DNA of 64,000 nucleotides from Mobula hypostoma (taxonomy: Eukaryota): contig NC_086108.1 of the NCBI RefSeq assembly GCF_963921235.1, forward strand, positions 117,430,001 to 117,494,000, written 5' to 3'. Position 1 is the stretch's first letter, and each line of letters opens with the position of its first letter. Made by a program: the position numbers and the translations under genes. Of the stretch, positions 1-13,400 are shown piece after piece. Below the pieces are notes generated by a model. It did no database searches. It was not told the DNA's origin and was given only the letters and a program-made list of their open reading frames with translations.

Positions 1-605
1 TGAGCAGCAGCTTTGAGTGTCAAAACCTTAGAAACCATAGAAACTCCAGCACAGAAACAGGCCTTTTGGCCCTTCTTGGCTGTGCCGAACCATTTTCGGT
101 CTAGTCCCACTGACCTGCACACGGACCATATCCCTCCATACACCTCCCATCCATGTATCTGTCCAATTTATTCTTAAATGTTAAAAAAGAACCCGCATTT
201 ACCACCTCATCTGGCAGCTCATTCCATACTCCCACCACTCTCTGTGTGAAGAAGCCCCCTCTAATGTTCCCTTTAAACGTTTCCCCCCTCACCCTTAACC
301 CATGTCCTCTGGTTTTTTTCTCCACTTGCCTCAGTGGAAAAAGCCTGCTTGCATTCACTCTGTCTATACCCATCATAATTTTATATACCTCTATCAAATC
401 TCCCCTCATTCTTCTACACTCTAGAGAATAAAGTCCTAACCTATTCAACCTTTCTCTGTAACTGAGTTTCTCAAGTCCCGGCAACATCCTTGTAAACCTT
501 CTCTGCACTCTTTCAACCTTATTTATATCCTTCCTGTAATTTGGTGACCAAAACTGAACACAATACTCCAGATTCGGCCTCACCAATACCTTATACAACC
601 TCATC

Positions 606-1911
606 TGACTCTCACAGCTATCTGGACTATTCCTCTTCTCACCCTGTCTCTTGCAAAAACGTCATCTCCTTCTCGCAATTCCTCCGTCTCCGCCGCATCT
701 GCTCTCAGGATGAGGCTTTTCATTCTAGGACGAGGGAGATGTCTTCCTTTTTTAAAGAAAGGGGCTTCCCTTCCCCCACTATCAACTCTGCCCTTAAACG
801 CATCTCCCCCATTTCACGTACATCTGCTCTCACTCCATCCTCCCGCCACCCCACTAGGAATAGGGTTCCCCTGGTCCTCACCTACCACCCCACCATCCTC
901 CGGGTCCAACATATTATCCTCCGTAACTTCCGCCACCTCCAACGGGATCCCACCACTAAGCACATCTTTCCCTCCCCACCTCTCTCTGCATTCCGCAGGG
1001 ATCGCTCCCTACACAATTCCCTTGTCCATTCGTCCCCCCATCCCTCCCCACTGATCTCCCTCCTGGCACTTATCTGTGTAAGCGGAACAAGTGCTACACA
1101 TGCCCTTACACTTCCTCCCTTACCACCATTCAGGGCCCCAAACAGTCCTTCCAGGTGATGCATCACTTCACCTGTGAGTCGACTGGGGTGATATACTGCG
1201 TCCGGTGCTCCCGATGTGGCCTTTTATATATTGGTGAGACCCGACGCAGACTGGGAGACCGCTTTGCTGAACATCTATGCTCTGTCCGCCAGAGAAAGCA
1301 GGATCTCCCAGTGGCCACACATTTTAATTCCACATCCCATTCCCATTCCGACATGTCTATCCACGGCCTCCTCTACTGTAAAGATGAAGCCACACTCAGG
1401 TTGGAGGAACACCACCTTATATTGCGTCTGGGTAGCCTCCAACCTGATGGCATGAACATCGACTTCTCTAACTTCCGCTAAGGCCCCACCTCCCCCTCGT
1501 ACCCCATCCGTTACTCATTTTTATGCACACATTCTTTCTCTCACTCTCCTTTTTCTCCCTCTGTCCCTCTGAATATACCTCTTGCCCATCCTCTGGGTCC
1601 CCCCCACCTCCTTGTCTTTCTTCCTGGACCTCCTGTCCCATGATCCTCTTGTATCCCCTTTTGCCTATCACTTGTCCAGCTCTTGGCTCTATCCCTCCCC
1701 CTCCTGTCTTCTCCTATCATTTTGGATCTCCCCCTTCCCCTCCAACTTTCAAATCCCTTACTCACTCTTCCTTCAGTTAGTCCTGACGAAGGGTCTCGGC
1801 CTGAAACGTCAACTGCACCTCTTCCTACAGATGCTGCTTGGCCTGCTGCGTTCACCAGCAACTTTGATGTGTGTTGCTTGAATTTCCAGCATCTGCAGAA
1901 TTCCTGTTGTT
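606..1911 (+). mobile_element. 5'-truncated Penelope-like element (RT C-terminus, GIY-YIG endonuclease, pseudo-LTR)
   Basis: DSHSYLDYSSSHP..KNVISFSQFLRLRRICS, followed after a frameshift by VIYCVRCSRCGLLYIGETRRRLGDRFAEH (GIY-YIG). Flanked by the direct repeat CTCATC at 600-605 and 1912-1917. Confidence 0.93.
1779..1814 (+). ncRNA. Minimal type I hammerhead ribozyme motif in Penelope pseudo-LTR
   Basis: agtc-CTGACGA-agggtctcggcct-GAAA-cg-TC-aact. The core boxes are intact, but the first stem I pair is mismatched. Confidence 0.7.
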
Positions 1912-2957
1912 CTCATCATAACATTCCAGCTCTTATACTTAATACTTTGATTAATAAAGGCCAATGTACCAAAAGCTCTTTATGACCCTATATACTTGTG
2001 ATGCCCCTTTTAGGGAATTTTGTATCTGTATTCCCAGATCCCTCTGTTCTACTGCACTCCTCAGTGCCTTACCATTAACCCTGTATGTTCTACCTTGGTT
2101 TGTCCTTCCAACGTGCAATACCTCACACTTGTCTGTATTAAACTCCATCTGCCATTTTTCAGCCCATTTTTCCAGCTGGTCCAAGTCCCTCTGCAGGCTC
2201 TGAAAACCTTCCTCACTGTCTACTACACCTCCAATCTTTGTATCATCAGCAAATTTGCTGATCCAATTTACCACATTATCATCCAGATCATTGATATAGA
2301 TGACAAATAACAATGGACCCAGCACTGATCCCTGTGGCACGGCACTAGTCACAGGCCTCCACTCAGAGAAGCAATTCTCTACCACCACTCTTTGGCTTCT
2401 TCCATTGAGCCAATGTCTCATCCAATTTACCACCTCTCCATGTATACCTAGCGACTGAATTTTCCTAACTAACCTCCCATGCGGGACCTTGTCAAAGGCC
2501 TTACTGAAGTCCATGTAGACAATATCCATTGCCTTCCCTTCATCCACTTTCCTGGTAACCTCCTCGAAAAACTCCAATAGATTGGTCAAACATGACCTAC
2601 CACGCACAAAGCCATGTTGACTCTCCCTAATATCCAAATGCTTGTAGATTCTGTATCTTAGTACTCCCTCCAATAACTTACCTACTACCGACGTTAAACT
2701 CACCGGCCTATAATTTCCCGGATTACTTTTCGATCCTTTTTTAAACAATGGAACAACATGAGCCACTCTCCAATCCTCCGGCACCTCACCCGTAGACAGC
2801 GACATTTTAAATATTTCTGCCAGGGCCCCCGCAATTTCAACACTAGTCTCCTTCAAGGTCTGAGGGAACACTCTGTCAGGTCCCGGGGATTTATCCACTT
2901 TAATTTTCCTCAAGACAGCAAGCACCTCCTCCCTTTCAATCTGTACAGTTTCCATCA

Positions 2958-4950
2958 TCCTATGGACTCAGACCCCAAGATCCCTCTGATCCTCCACATT
3001 GCCAAGAGTCTTGCCATTAATGCTATATTTTGCAATCATATTTGACCTACCAAATTGAGCCACCTCACACTTATCTGGGTTGAACTCCATCTGTCACTTC
3101 TCAGGCCAGTTTTGCATCCTATCAATGTCCCACTGTAACCTCTGACAGCCCTCCACACTATCCACAACACCCCCAACCTTTGTGTCATCAGCCATCCCTC
3201 TACTTCTTCATCCAGGTCATTTATAAAAATCACAAAGAGTAGGGGTCCCAGGACAGACCCCTGAGGCACACCACTGGTCACTGGCCTCCATGCAGAATAT
3301 GACCCATCTACAACCACTCTTTGCCTTTTGTGGGCAAGCCAGTTCTGGATCCACAAAGCAATGTCCCCTTGGATGCCATGCCTCCTTACTTTCTATATAA
3401 GCCTTGCATGGGGTACCTTATCAAATGCCTTGCTGAAATCCACATACACTACATCTGCAGCTCTACCCTCATCAATGTGTTTAGTCATCCTCAATAAATT
3501 CTATCAGGCTTGTAAGGCACGATCCGCCTTTCACAAAGCCATGCTGACTATTCCTAATCATCTTCTGCCACTCCAAATGTTCATAAATCCTGCCTCTCCA
3601 GATCTTCTCCATCAACTTACCAACCACTGAAGTAAGACTCAGTGGTCTATAATTTCCTGGGCTATTCTTACTCCCTTTCTTGAACAAGGGAACAACATCT
3701 GCAACCCTCTGATCCTCCGGAACCTCTCCCGCCCCCATTGATGATGCAAAGATCATCGCCAGAGGCTCAGCAATCTCCTCCCTCGCTTCCCACTGTAGCC
3801 TAGGTATATCCCGTCCGGTCCTGGTGACATATCCAAACTGATGCATTCCTAAAGCTCCAGCACACCCTCTTCCTTAATATCTACATGCTTAAGCTTTTCA
3901 GTCTGCTGCAAGTCATCCCTACAATCACCAAAATCCTTTCCTGTTGTGAATACTGAAGCAAAGTATTTATTAAGTAACTCTGCCATCTCCTCCGGTTCCA
4001 TACACGCTTTTCCACTGTCACACTTGATTGGTCCTATTCTTTCATGCCTTATCCTCTTGATCTTCACATACTTGTAGAATGCCTTGAAGTTTTCCTTAAT
4101 CCTGTCCGCCAAGGCCTTCTCATGGCCCCTTCTGGCTTTCCTAATTTCATTCTTGAGCTCCTTCCTGCTAGCCTTATAATCTTCTAGATCTCTATCATTA
4201 TCTAGTTTTTTGAACCTTTTGTAAGCTCTTCTTTTCTTCTTGACCAGATTTACAACAGCCTTTGTATACCCAAGTTCCTGTACCCTACCATCTTTTCCTT
4301 GTCTCATTGGAACATACCCCACACAAACGTCCCCTGAACATTTGCCGTATTTCTTCCGTACGATTCCCTGAGAACAACTGTTTCCAATTTATGCTTCCAA
4401 CTTCCTGCCTGATAGCCTTAATAGTTCCCCTTACTCCAATTAAACGTTTCCCTAACTTGTCTGTTCCTATCCCTCTCCAATTCTATGGTAATTGTGATCA
4501 CTATCTCCAAAATGCTCTTCCACTGAGAGATCTGACACCTGACCAGGTTCATTTCCCAATACGAGATCAAGTACAGCCTCTCCTCTTGGAGGCTTATCTA
4601 CATATTGAGTCAAGAAAGCCTCCTAAACACACCGAACAAACTCCACCCCATCTAAATCCCTCACTCTAGGGAGATGCCAATCAATATTTGGGAAATTAAA
4701 ATCTCCCACCATAACAACCCTGTTATTATTACTCCTTTCCAGAATCTGTCTCCCTCTCTGCTCTTTGATGTCCCTGCAACTATTGGGTGGTCTATAAAAA
4801 AGCACCCAGTAGAGTTATTGACCCCTTCCTGTTCCTAACTTCGACCGACAGAGACTCTGTAGACAATCCCTCCATGACTTCCTCCTTTTCTGCAACCGTG
4901 ACACTATGTCTGATCAACAGTGCCACACCCCCACCTCTTTTGCCTCCCTC
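2958..4950 (-). mobile_element. Decayed CR1 ORF2 fragment (APE endonuclease, linker, RT), second subfamily
   Basis: ORF pieces GKRGGGVALLI, YRPPN..VGDFNFPNIDW, PGNYRPLSLTS and [12 protein letters not shown], broken by frameshifts. Confidence 0.88.
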
Positions 4951-4951
4951 C

Positions 4952-5720
4952 CGTGTTTTTACAGGCAGTGTGGGAAACGGAGTGCCTGTGTGTTTAAATG
5001 GAGTCGGTAGGATCAAGGGACCAGGATGTTTAAAGGGCTTTTGGGAAACAGGGATCTAGTGTGGTTAAAACTATGGAAAATATGGACCCATTCTGATTAA
5101 AGGAAGTGTGAGAAGCAGAGAGCCAGTGTTAGAAAGGGAGTGTGGGGAACGGGAAGCCGGTGTGTTGAAGGGAGTGTGGGGAACAGGGAGTTAGTGTGTT
5201 TATAGGGGTTGTGGGGAGCAGGGAGCCAGTGTGTTTACAGTTGGTGTGGCAAACAGCGGCCCAGTGCCTGTACAGGGATTGTGGGGAGCAGTGAGCCAAT
5301 GTGTTTAAATGAAGTGTAGGACACGGGGAGATAGTCTATTTAAAGGCATATGTGGGGATTCGGCACCCAGTGTGTTTCAAGAGTGCCTGGGAAACAGGGA
5401 GCTGATGTGTTTAAAGGGAGTAGGGAAAACAAGGAGCCAGTGTGTTCAAAAGTTGGGAAACGGAGACCAAAAGTTTTCTTAATAGGAGTGTGGGAAACAG
5501 GGAGACAATGTAATAAAGGGATTGTAGAGAACAGGAGCCAGTGTGTTTATAGGGAGTGTGGGAGACAGGGAGCCTGTGTTTTTAAAAGGATTGTGAGGAA
5601 CAGGGAGCCAACGGATTTAAAGGGAGTGTGGGAAATTGTAGCCAGTGTCTTTAAAGTGAGCAGGGTAGGTGGCACTTCGGTAAGTCTAAAGGGAGCGGGT
5701 GCATGTTTAAAGGGAGAATA
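4952..5720 (+). repeat. Degenerate ~35-bp G-rich tandem minisatellite
   Basis: About 20 diverged head-to-tail units resembling GGGAAACAGGGAGCCAGTGTGTTTAAAGGGAGTGT. Confidence 0.8.
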
Positions 5721-7284
5721 GGATTCAGCAAGGGATGAACTAAAATGTCGGCATTTCAGAAAAGGACAGTGTATTATCTGTGTTTTACTGCAGAACCTTT
5801 TGTGAAGTGTACTCTGATGTAATCTGTCTATTTACGTAATCTCCTTTCACTTTTAAAAATAATTTTAGCCTAGAAGTTGGATTGTTCAACTGGAACTGGA
5901 TGTTTTAGTTATGAGGAGAGACTGGGTGTGCTATGATAGTTAGAACAGAGGAGCCCAAGGGAATTGTACAACACTATGACGGTCACAGATGGGATAGATG
6001 GTTGGAAACCAGACACGTAAAATTAATTGATGTTAAAGAGCAAGGAATAAGAGCTTTAGAAGGGATCTGTGCAGGATTTTTTTCCCCAGATGGAGATTGA
6101 GATATGGAAACATTGCCTGAGGGAGTGGCGAGGCATAGTCTCCCAGAAGATTTAAGAAGTATTTGGACAAGCAATTACGTGGGCAAGGCATAGAACAATA
6201 ATACTGGTGGGTACAATGGTAATCACAGACTCAGTGGGCCAAAGGACTTTTCTCCAAGCTGTTTGACTCCACAGTTCTGGAATTACAGGGTCACTTAACA
6301 ATGCAAATGTATACCAGCAGCAAGGAATCAAATATAACTAATGCCAGGATGCACGGGACTTGTTGAGAAGTGCCCGTCCAAAGATCCCACACTTGGTGAT
6401 TCGGAACAGAAAGCAAGCTCTGAATGATGCCATTCGGCCTATCAAGCCTGCTCAACTGTTCAAAGTGAACATGGCTGATCATGTAAATTCGGTTCCATTT
6501 CAGATTTATCATCACATCCCCATGATCCCTCCAGCCCTAAGAAAATGTCCAAACTCTTTATTAAATTCTTATTACTGTCTAATCTGAGCAAATTTAGTTT
6601 TGTGTACAATTTACTCCTGAAAAACGGGGTATTAATGGATCCAACTTCTAGGTATACAAGTATTTTTCTTAACCTATACCCATATTTTTATGAGATCATT
6701 AAAGCAAGAACTGAATGTCTGATGAATGCATTTTAACTTTTCTCCTTGCCCTTTGCCTTTTTCAGGCAGGAGTCAGAGTGGTACATTTATCTTGTAGATC
6801 ATTTCTAGAATATTCTCAACCATACACTGATTGTTATTTCATTGTGTTGTTCTGGCAAAGCTAATACATCTTTTTAATACAATGTGTGAATTATCAATAG
6901 TGTTAATAAATATCTATACTGAAAATGGTTTTCATGTGTAATAATCTTGGATGCCAAGCACAAGATTGCTTGTTTCTAAAGAGACAGAGGAGATTAAACA
7001 GTGGGTTACCAAGGGAAGAGCAGAAGGAGATGGAGCGGTGTCACATGAAACAGTAATCACTCATGTTCATATTCCATAGGCAGAGACAGCAAGAGAGAGA
7101 GAGAGAAAGAAAAAGATGTGGAGAGGGTGTGAAGGAACAAAAGTGAAAGATTAAAGATTAGATTTATTTGTCACATGTACATTAAAGCATACAGTAAAAT
7201 GTGTCGTCTGCATCAAACCAGTTCAGCGAGCACACAAGTGTCACCACACTTCCAGCCACAACATAGCACACCAACATAGTTCTA

Positions 7285-8000
7285 TAGTTGGGAGCTGAAC
7301 ATCAAAGGAAATTATTTGCATCAAAGGACAGACAGGAAGGCACAGGCGGTGGTGTGGCTCTGTTGGTAAGAGATGGGATCACATCTTTAGAAAGAGGTGA
7401 CATAGGGTCAGAGAATGTTGAATCTTTATAGGTGGAGTTAAGAAACTGCAAGTGTAAAAAAAAACATTTTGGAAATCATACATAGGCTTCCTGATAGTAG
7501 CCAAGATGTAGGGTTGAGTTTGCAAAGGGAGCTGGAAAAGTCATGTAATAAGGGTTATGACCCAATTGTAATGGGGGATTTCAATATTGGTAAAAATCAG
7601 GTTGGCGTCAGAAGAAATCTGTTGAATGCCTATGAGATGTTTTCTTAGAACAGCTTGGGCTTGAGCCTACGCAGGGAAAGTCTATCTTAGATTGGGTGTT
7701 GTATAGTACCCCAGATCTTATGAGGGAACTTAATGTAGAGGAACCCTTAGGAGACAGTGATCATAATATGATTGAATTCATACTGCAATTTGAGAGACAG
7801 AAGCACAAGTCACATGTATCAGTATCACAATGGAATAAAGGGAATTACAGAGGCATGAGAGAGGAGTTTGCCCTGGTGGATTGGAGGAGGGTACAAATTT
7901 CTAGGAATAGATCACTAGGCACGTGATAGATATGTCCCACAGAGGAAGTACTCCTCAAATGGCAGAGGTAGGCAACAGTGGCTGATAAGGGAAGTTAGCG
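7285..8000 (+). mobile_element. Decayed CR1 endonuclease fragment
   Basis: GGGVALL, MGDFN and EEPLGDSDHNMIEF motifs. Confidence 0.75.
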
Positions 8001-8019
8001 TTTTGATCAAGGTACGACT

Positions 8020-9095
8020 GCGCAAGCACGTGGATGTCAGTGAGTTAGACCAAGGATTTAAAAGAAGACAGCTTTATAGATTGGGTGTTGGAGGAGCGGG
8101 TGATGGAGTAGATGTAGACAGAATAGGAGGACTTTGGTTCAACAGGGCTTCGGCGATAATAGGTCAAAATGACGTAAGCTACTTGTGAGGAATAGGAAGT
8201 ATGTCTGTGAGGCCTGTGTTCCAGACCGGGTGTCGGATGTGGGATGTCCAGGAGACTCCCAACCTCCCAGATGGCCACATCTGTGCCAGGTGCGTCGAGC
8301 TGCAGCTCCTGAAGGACTAGGTTAGGGAAGTGGAGATGCAGCTCAACGACCCTTGTTTGGTCAGGGAAAGTGAGAAGGTGATAGAGAGGAGCTATAGGCA
8401 AGTAGTCACACCGGGGCCTTGGCAGACAGATAACTGGGTAGCAGTCAGGAGAGGGAAGGGTAAGAGTCAGATACTAGAGAGTACCCCTGTGGCTGTCCCC
8501 CTTAACAATAAGTACTTAAGTTTGAGTGCTGTTGGGGGTGACGGCCCACCTAGGAGAAGCAACAGTGGTCATGCCTCTGGCACAGAGTCTGGCCCTGTGG
8601 CTCAGAAGGGTAGGGAAAGGAAGAGGGTGGCAGCAGTGATAGGGGACTCTGTAGTTAGGGGGTCGGACAGGCAATTCTGTGGATGCAGGAAAGAAACATG
8701 GATGAGAGATCGGATATACAAGTATTTGGACAGCCAAAGGTCTGGAGGGTTATGGACTGGATGCAGGTCAATGGGACTAGCGGAATAATGTTTCGGCGCA
8801 GACTAGAAGGGCCGAATGGCCTGTTTTCTGTGCTGTAGTGTTCTATGGTTCTATGGATGGTAGTTTGCCTCCCAGGTGCCAAGGTCTATGATGTTTCTGA
8901 TCACGTCCACAATATTCAGATTTGGGAAGGTAAACAGCCAGAGGTCGTGGTACATATTGGTACCAACGACATAAGTAGGAAAAGGAAGGAGGTCCTGAAA
9001 ACAGACTACAGGGAGTTAGGAAGGAAGTTGAGAAGCAGGACCTCAAAGGTAGTAATCACGGGATTACAGTACTGCCTGTACCACGCAACAGTGAG
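8020..9095 (+). mobile_element. CR1 5' region/ORF1 (zinc finger + SGNH esterase) fragment with a 148-bp nested CR1 piece
   Basis: STPVAVPLNNKY, VIGDSVVRG, CLPGAKV and HIGTND motifs. The insert at 8705-8852 is flanked by ATGGATG at 8698-8704 and 8853-8859. Confidence 0.85.
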
Positions 9096-9843
9096 TTAGT
9101 CCGTGAGCCAGTAGGGTTGGTTGGTACCATCTGAGGGGAATAATGCTGATAGTGACTTTTGATAAGGTAAACATCTCTACAGTTAGAAAATATGTGATAG
9201 CATTGCACCAGTGCTAGCTTTATGTGTGCTATCATGCATTTTATAACACTACCCTAAAATAAGCATTTCTGAAAAGTGGCCAATATAAAGTACAACATAT
9301 ATATTCAACTTGGTCTTTTGTCATCAATGATCCCTCGACATTGAAATTTGTCACAATGATAGCCGAGTTCAAGCACTTTTCATCAAATGTTGTTATAAAA
9401 TTCTGTATTGAAAACCATGCCATTGGTGGCACTCGCAGTACAGTGCCCAATTTCAGTAGAGTGAATCATTTCACTTTTAGAAAAATATTTGTCTGTTGTT
9501 TATTTTGGAAAAGTCAATTAAAAACCTTAGGACACATATAAATCACAGGGATTTGTGGAGAATTTATTCAGGAATTCAAATTTTTGTATATATTCCATAT
9601 TAACATCAGTACAGCAGAAGATGTTACCCCACCCTACCCCCCAAAAGGAAAAAACCTCATTTGGAGAAATTTCTGGAGTTTTATCCATATCATGATATTT
9701 TCCATATTGTTGTGTCAAATCAAAACAATCTCAAGCCTTTGTCATAGCATATAGAATTACAGTACCATTATTCAAATGTGAGGTTCCACATGGCCATAAC
9801 CTAGGCCCCATTCGGTGGTAAAATGAATATATTTCATCAAAGT

Positions 9844-10487
9844 AAACACGAGGAATTCTGCAGATGCTGGAAATTCGAGCAACACACATCAAAGTTGCTG
9901 GTGAACGCAGCAGGCCAGGCAGCATCTCTAGGAAGAGGTACAGTCGACGTTTTGGGCCGAGACCCTTCGTCAGGACTAACTGAAAGAAGAACTAGTAAGA
10001 GATTTGAAAGTGGGAGGGGGAGGGGGAGATCCAAAATTCCCATTCTGATATGTCAATTCCAGGTCCCATTCCCATTCTGATATGTCAATTCCACATTACA
10101 TTCCCATTCTGACATGTCTATCCACGGCCTCCTCTACTGTAAAGATGAAGCCACTCTCAGGTTGGAGGAACAACACCTTATATTCCGTCTGGGTAGCCTC
10201 CAACCTGATGGCATGAACATTGACTTCTCTAACTTCTGATAATGCCCCACCTCCCCCTCGTACCCCATCTGTTATTTATTTATATACACACATTCTTTCT
10301 CTCTCTCTCTCCTTTTTCTCCCTCTGTCCCTCTGACTATACCCCTTGCTCATCCTCTGGGTTTTTCTCCCCCCTCCCCCTTTTCCTTCTCCCTGGGCCTC
10401 CTGTCCCATGACCCTCTCATATCCCCTTTGCCAATCACCTGTCCAGCTCTTGGCTCCATCCCTCCCCCTCCTGTCTTCTCCTATCAT
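9844..10487. mobile_element. Penelope-like remnant: inverted pseudo-LTR followed by a sense 3' segment
   Basis: 9844-10033 is the reverse complement of the pLTR at ~1720-1910, with its hammerhead at 9942-9977 mutated GAAA>AAAA. About 10040-10487 matches ~1330-1720 in sense orientation. Confidence 0.85.
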
Positions 10488-13400
10488 TATAATCTCTGAT
10501 CATAATGCATACTCTCTAAACCAGGCAGCATCCTGGTAAATCTCCTCTGTACCCTTTCCAATGCTTCCACATCCTTCCTATAGTGAGGCGACCAGAAATG
10601 GACACAGTACTCCAAGTGTGGCCTAACCAGAGTTTTATAGAGCTGCATCATTACATTGCGACTCTTAAACTCTATCCCTCGACTTATGAAAGCTGACACC
10701 CCATAAGCTTTCTTAAATACCCTAAAGCTTTCTTAAATACCCTATCTACCTGTAAGGCAACTTTCAGGGATCTGTGGACATGTACCCCGAGATCCCTCTG
10801 CTCCTCCACACTACCAAGTATCCTGCCATTTACTTTGTACTCTGCCTTGGAGTTTGTCCTTCCAAAGTGTACCACCTCACACTTCTCCGGGTTGAACTCC
10901 ATCTTCCACTTCTCAGCCCACTTCTGCATCCTATCAATGTCTCTCTGCAATCTTTGACAATCCTCTACACTATCTACAACACCATCAACCTTTGTGTCGT
11001 CTGCAAACTTGCCAACCCACCCTTCTACCCCCACATCCAGGTTGTTAATAAAAATCACGAAAAGTAGGTTCCAGAACAGATCCTTATGGGACACCACTAG
11101 TCACAATCCTCCAATCTGAAAGTACTCCTTCCACCACCACCCTCTGCCTTCTGCAGGCAAGTCAATTCTGACAATAGACAATAGACAATAGGTGCAGAAG
11201 TAGACCATTCAGCCCTTCAAGCCTGCACCGTCATTCTGAGATCATGGCTGATCATCTACTATCAATACCTGTTTCCTGCCTTGTCCCCATAACCCTTGAT
11301 TCCCCTATCCATAAGATACCTATCTAGCTCCTTCTTGAAAGCATCCAGAGAATTGGCCTCCACTGCCTTCTGAGGCAGCGCGTTCCACACCTCCACATCT
11401 CTCTGGGAGAAGAAGTTCCTCCTCATCTCTGTCCTAAATGACCTACCCCTTATTCTTAAACCATGTCCTCTGGTACTGGACTCTCCCAGCATCTGGAACA
11501 TATTTCCTGCCTCTATCTTGTCCAATCCTTTAATAATCTTATATGTCTCAATCAGATCCCCCCCAATCTCCTTAATTCCAGCATGTACAAGCCCAGTCTC
11601 TCTAACCTCTCTGCGTAAGACAGTCCAGACATCCCAGGAATTAACCTAGTGAATCTACGCTGCACCTCCTCCACAGCCAGGATGTCCTTCCTTAACCCTG
11701 GAGACCAAAACTGCACACAATACTCCAGGTGTGGTCTCACCAGGGCCCTGTACAAATGCAAAAGGATTTCCTTGCTCTTGTACTCAATTCCCTTTGTAAT
11801 AAAGGCCAACATTCTATTAGCCTTCTTCACTGCCTGCTGCACTTGCTCATTCACCTTCAGAGACTGATGAACAAGTACTCCTAGATCTCTTTGTATTTCT
11901 CCCTTCCCTAACTCCATACCATTCAGATAATAATCTGCCTTCCTGTTCTTGCTCCCAAAGTGAACAACCTCACACTTATTCACATTAAACGCCATTTGCC
12001 AAGTTTCTGCCCACTCACCCAGTCTATCCAAGTCACCTTGAATTCGCCTAACATCCTCATCACGTCACACTGCCACCCAGCTTAGTATCATCAGCAAACT
12101 TGCTGATGTTATTCACAATGTCTTCCTCTAAATCATTGACATAAATTGTAAACAGCTGTGGTCCCAATACCGAGCCCTGTGGCACCCCACTAGTCACCAC
12201 CTGCCATTCTGAGAAACACCCATTCACTGCCACCCTTTGCTTTCTATCTGCCAACCAGTTTTCTATCCATGTCAATATCCTCCCCCCAATGCCATGAGCT
12301 CTGATTTTACCCACCAATCTCCTATGTGGTACCTTATCTAATGCCTTCTGAAAGTCAAGGTACACCACATCCACTGGATCTCCCGCGTCTATCTTCCTGG
12401 TTACATCCTCGAAAAGCTCCAATAGATTAGTCAAGCATGACTTGCCCTTGGTAAATCAATGCTGGCTCGGCCCAATCCTATCACTGCTATCAAGATATGC
12501 CACTATTTCATCTTTAATAATGGACTCTAGCATCTTCCCCACTACTGATGTTAGGCTAACAAGGCGAAAGTTTTCTGTTTTCTCCCTCCCTCCTTTCTTA
12601 AAAAGTGGGATAACATTAGCCATTCGCCAATCCTCAGGAACTGATCCTGAATCTAAGGAACATTGGAAAATGATCACCAATGCATCCACAATTTCCAGAG
12701 CCACCTCCTTTAGTACCCCAGGATGCAGACCATCTGGACCTGGGGATTTGTTAGCCTTCAGTCCCATCAGTCTACTCATCACCGTTTCCTTCCTAATGTC
12801 AATCTGTTTCAGTTCCTCTGTTACCCTATGTCCTTGGCCCATCCATACATCTGAGAGATTGCTTGTGTCTTCCCTAGTGAAGACAGATCGAAAGTACTTA
12901 TTAAATTCTTCTGCCATTTCTCTGTTTCCTATAACAATTTCTCCCAATTCATTCTTCAAGGGCCCAACATTGTTCTTAACTATCTTCCTTCTCTTCACAT
13001 ACCTAAAAAAACTTTTGCTATCCTCCTTTATATTCCTAGCTAGCTTGCATTCATACCTCATTTTTTCTCCCCGTATTGCCTTTTTAGTTAAGTTCTGTTG
13101 TTCCTTAAAAATTTCCCAATCATCCGTCTTCCCACTCACCTTAGCTCTGTTATACTTCTTTTTTAATGCTATGCTATCTCTGACTTCCTTTGTCAACCAC
13201 TGTGGCCACTTTCCCCCCTTGGAATCCTTCCTTCTCTGGGGGATGAACTGATTTTGCACCTTGTGCATTATTCCCAAGAATACCTGCCATTGCTGTTCCA
13301 CTGTCTTTTCTGCTAGGATATCCGACCAGTCAACTTTGGCCAGCTCCTCCCTCATGGCTCCATAGTCTCCTTTGTTCAACTGCAATACTGACACTTCTGA

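Larger units (their letters stand above)
28..2957 (-). mobile_element. CR1 LINE 3' part (RT + 3' tail), split by a Penelope insertion at 606-1911
   Basis: ORF 1951..2958 has the CR1 RT motifs [27 protein letters not shown] and KFADD. ORF 101..604 is the CR1 ORF2 C-terminus (RPNLEYCVQFWSP...FFTQRVVGVWN). The two halves rejoin across the insertion. Confidence 0.93.

Noticed and set aside
541..1158. 205-aa ORF as an intact gene
   Set aside because: It begins in antisense CR1 sequence and runs into a truncated, frameshifted Penelope ORF.
4952..5720. CRISPR-like ~35-bp periodicity
   Set aside because: Units are head-to-tail and degenerate with no unique spacers, there are no cas genes, and the context is eukaryotic.
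9241..9718. Short ORFs in unique AT-rich DNA as host exons
   Set aside because: No recognisable domain and no convincing splice-site pair.
12442..13251. Antisense ORFs overlapping CR1 ORF2 (also 14213..14938 and 60236..60991)
   Set aside because: They are shadow frames of the RT coding strand, repeated only because the elements are copies of each other.
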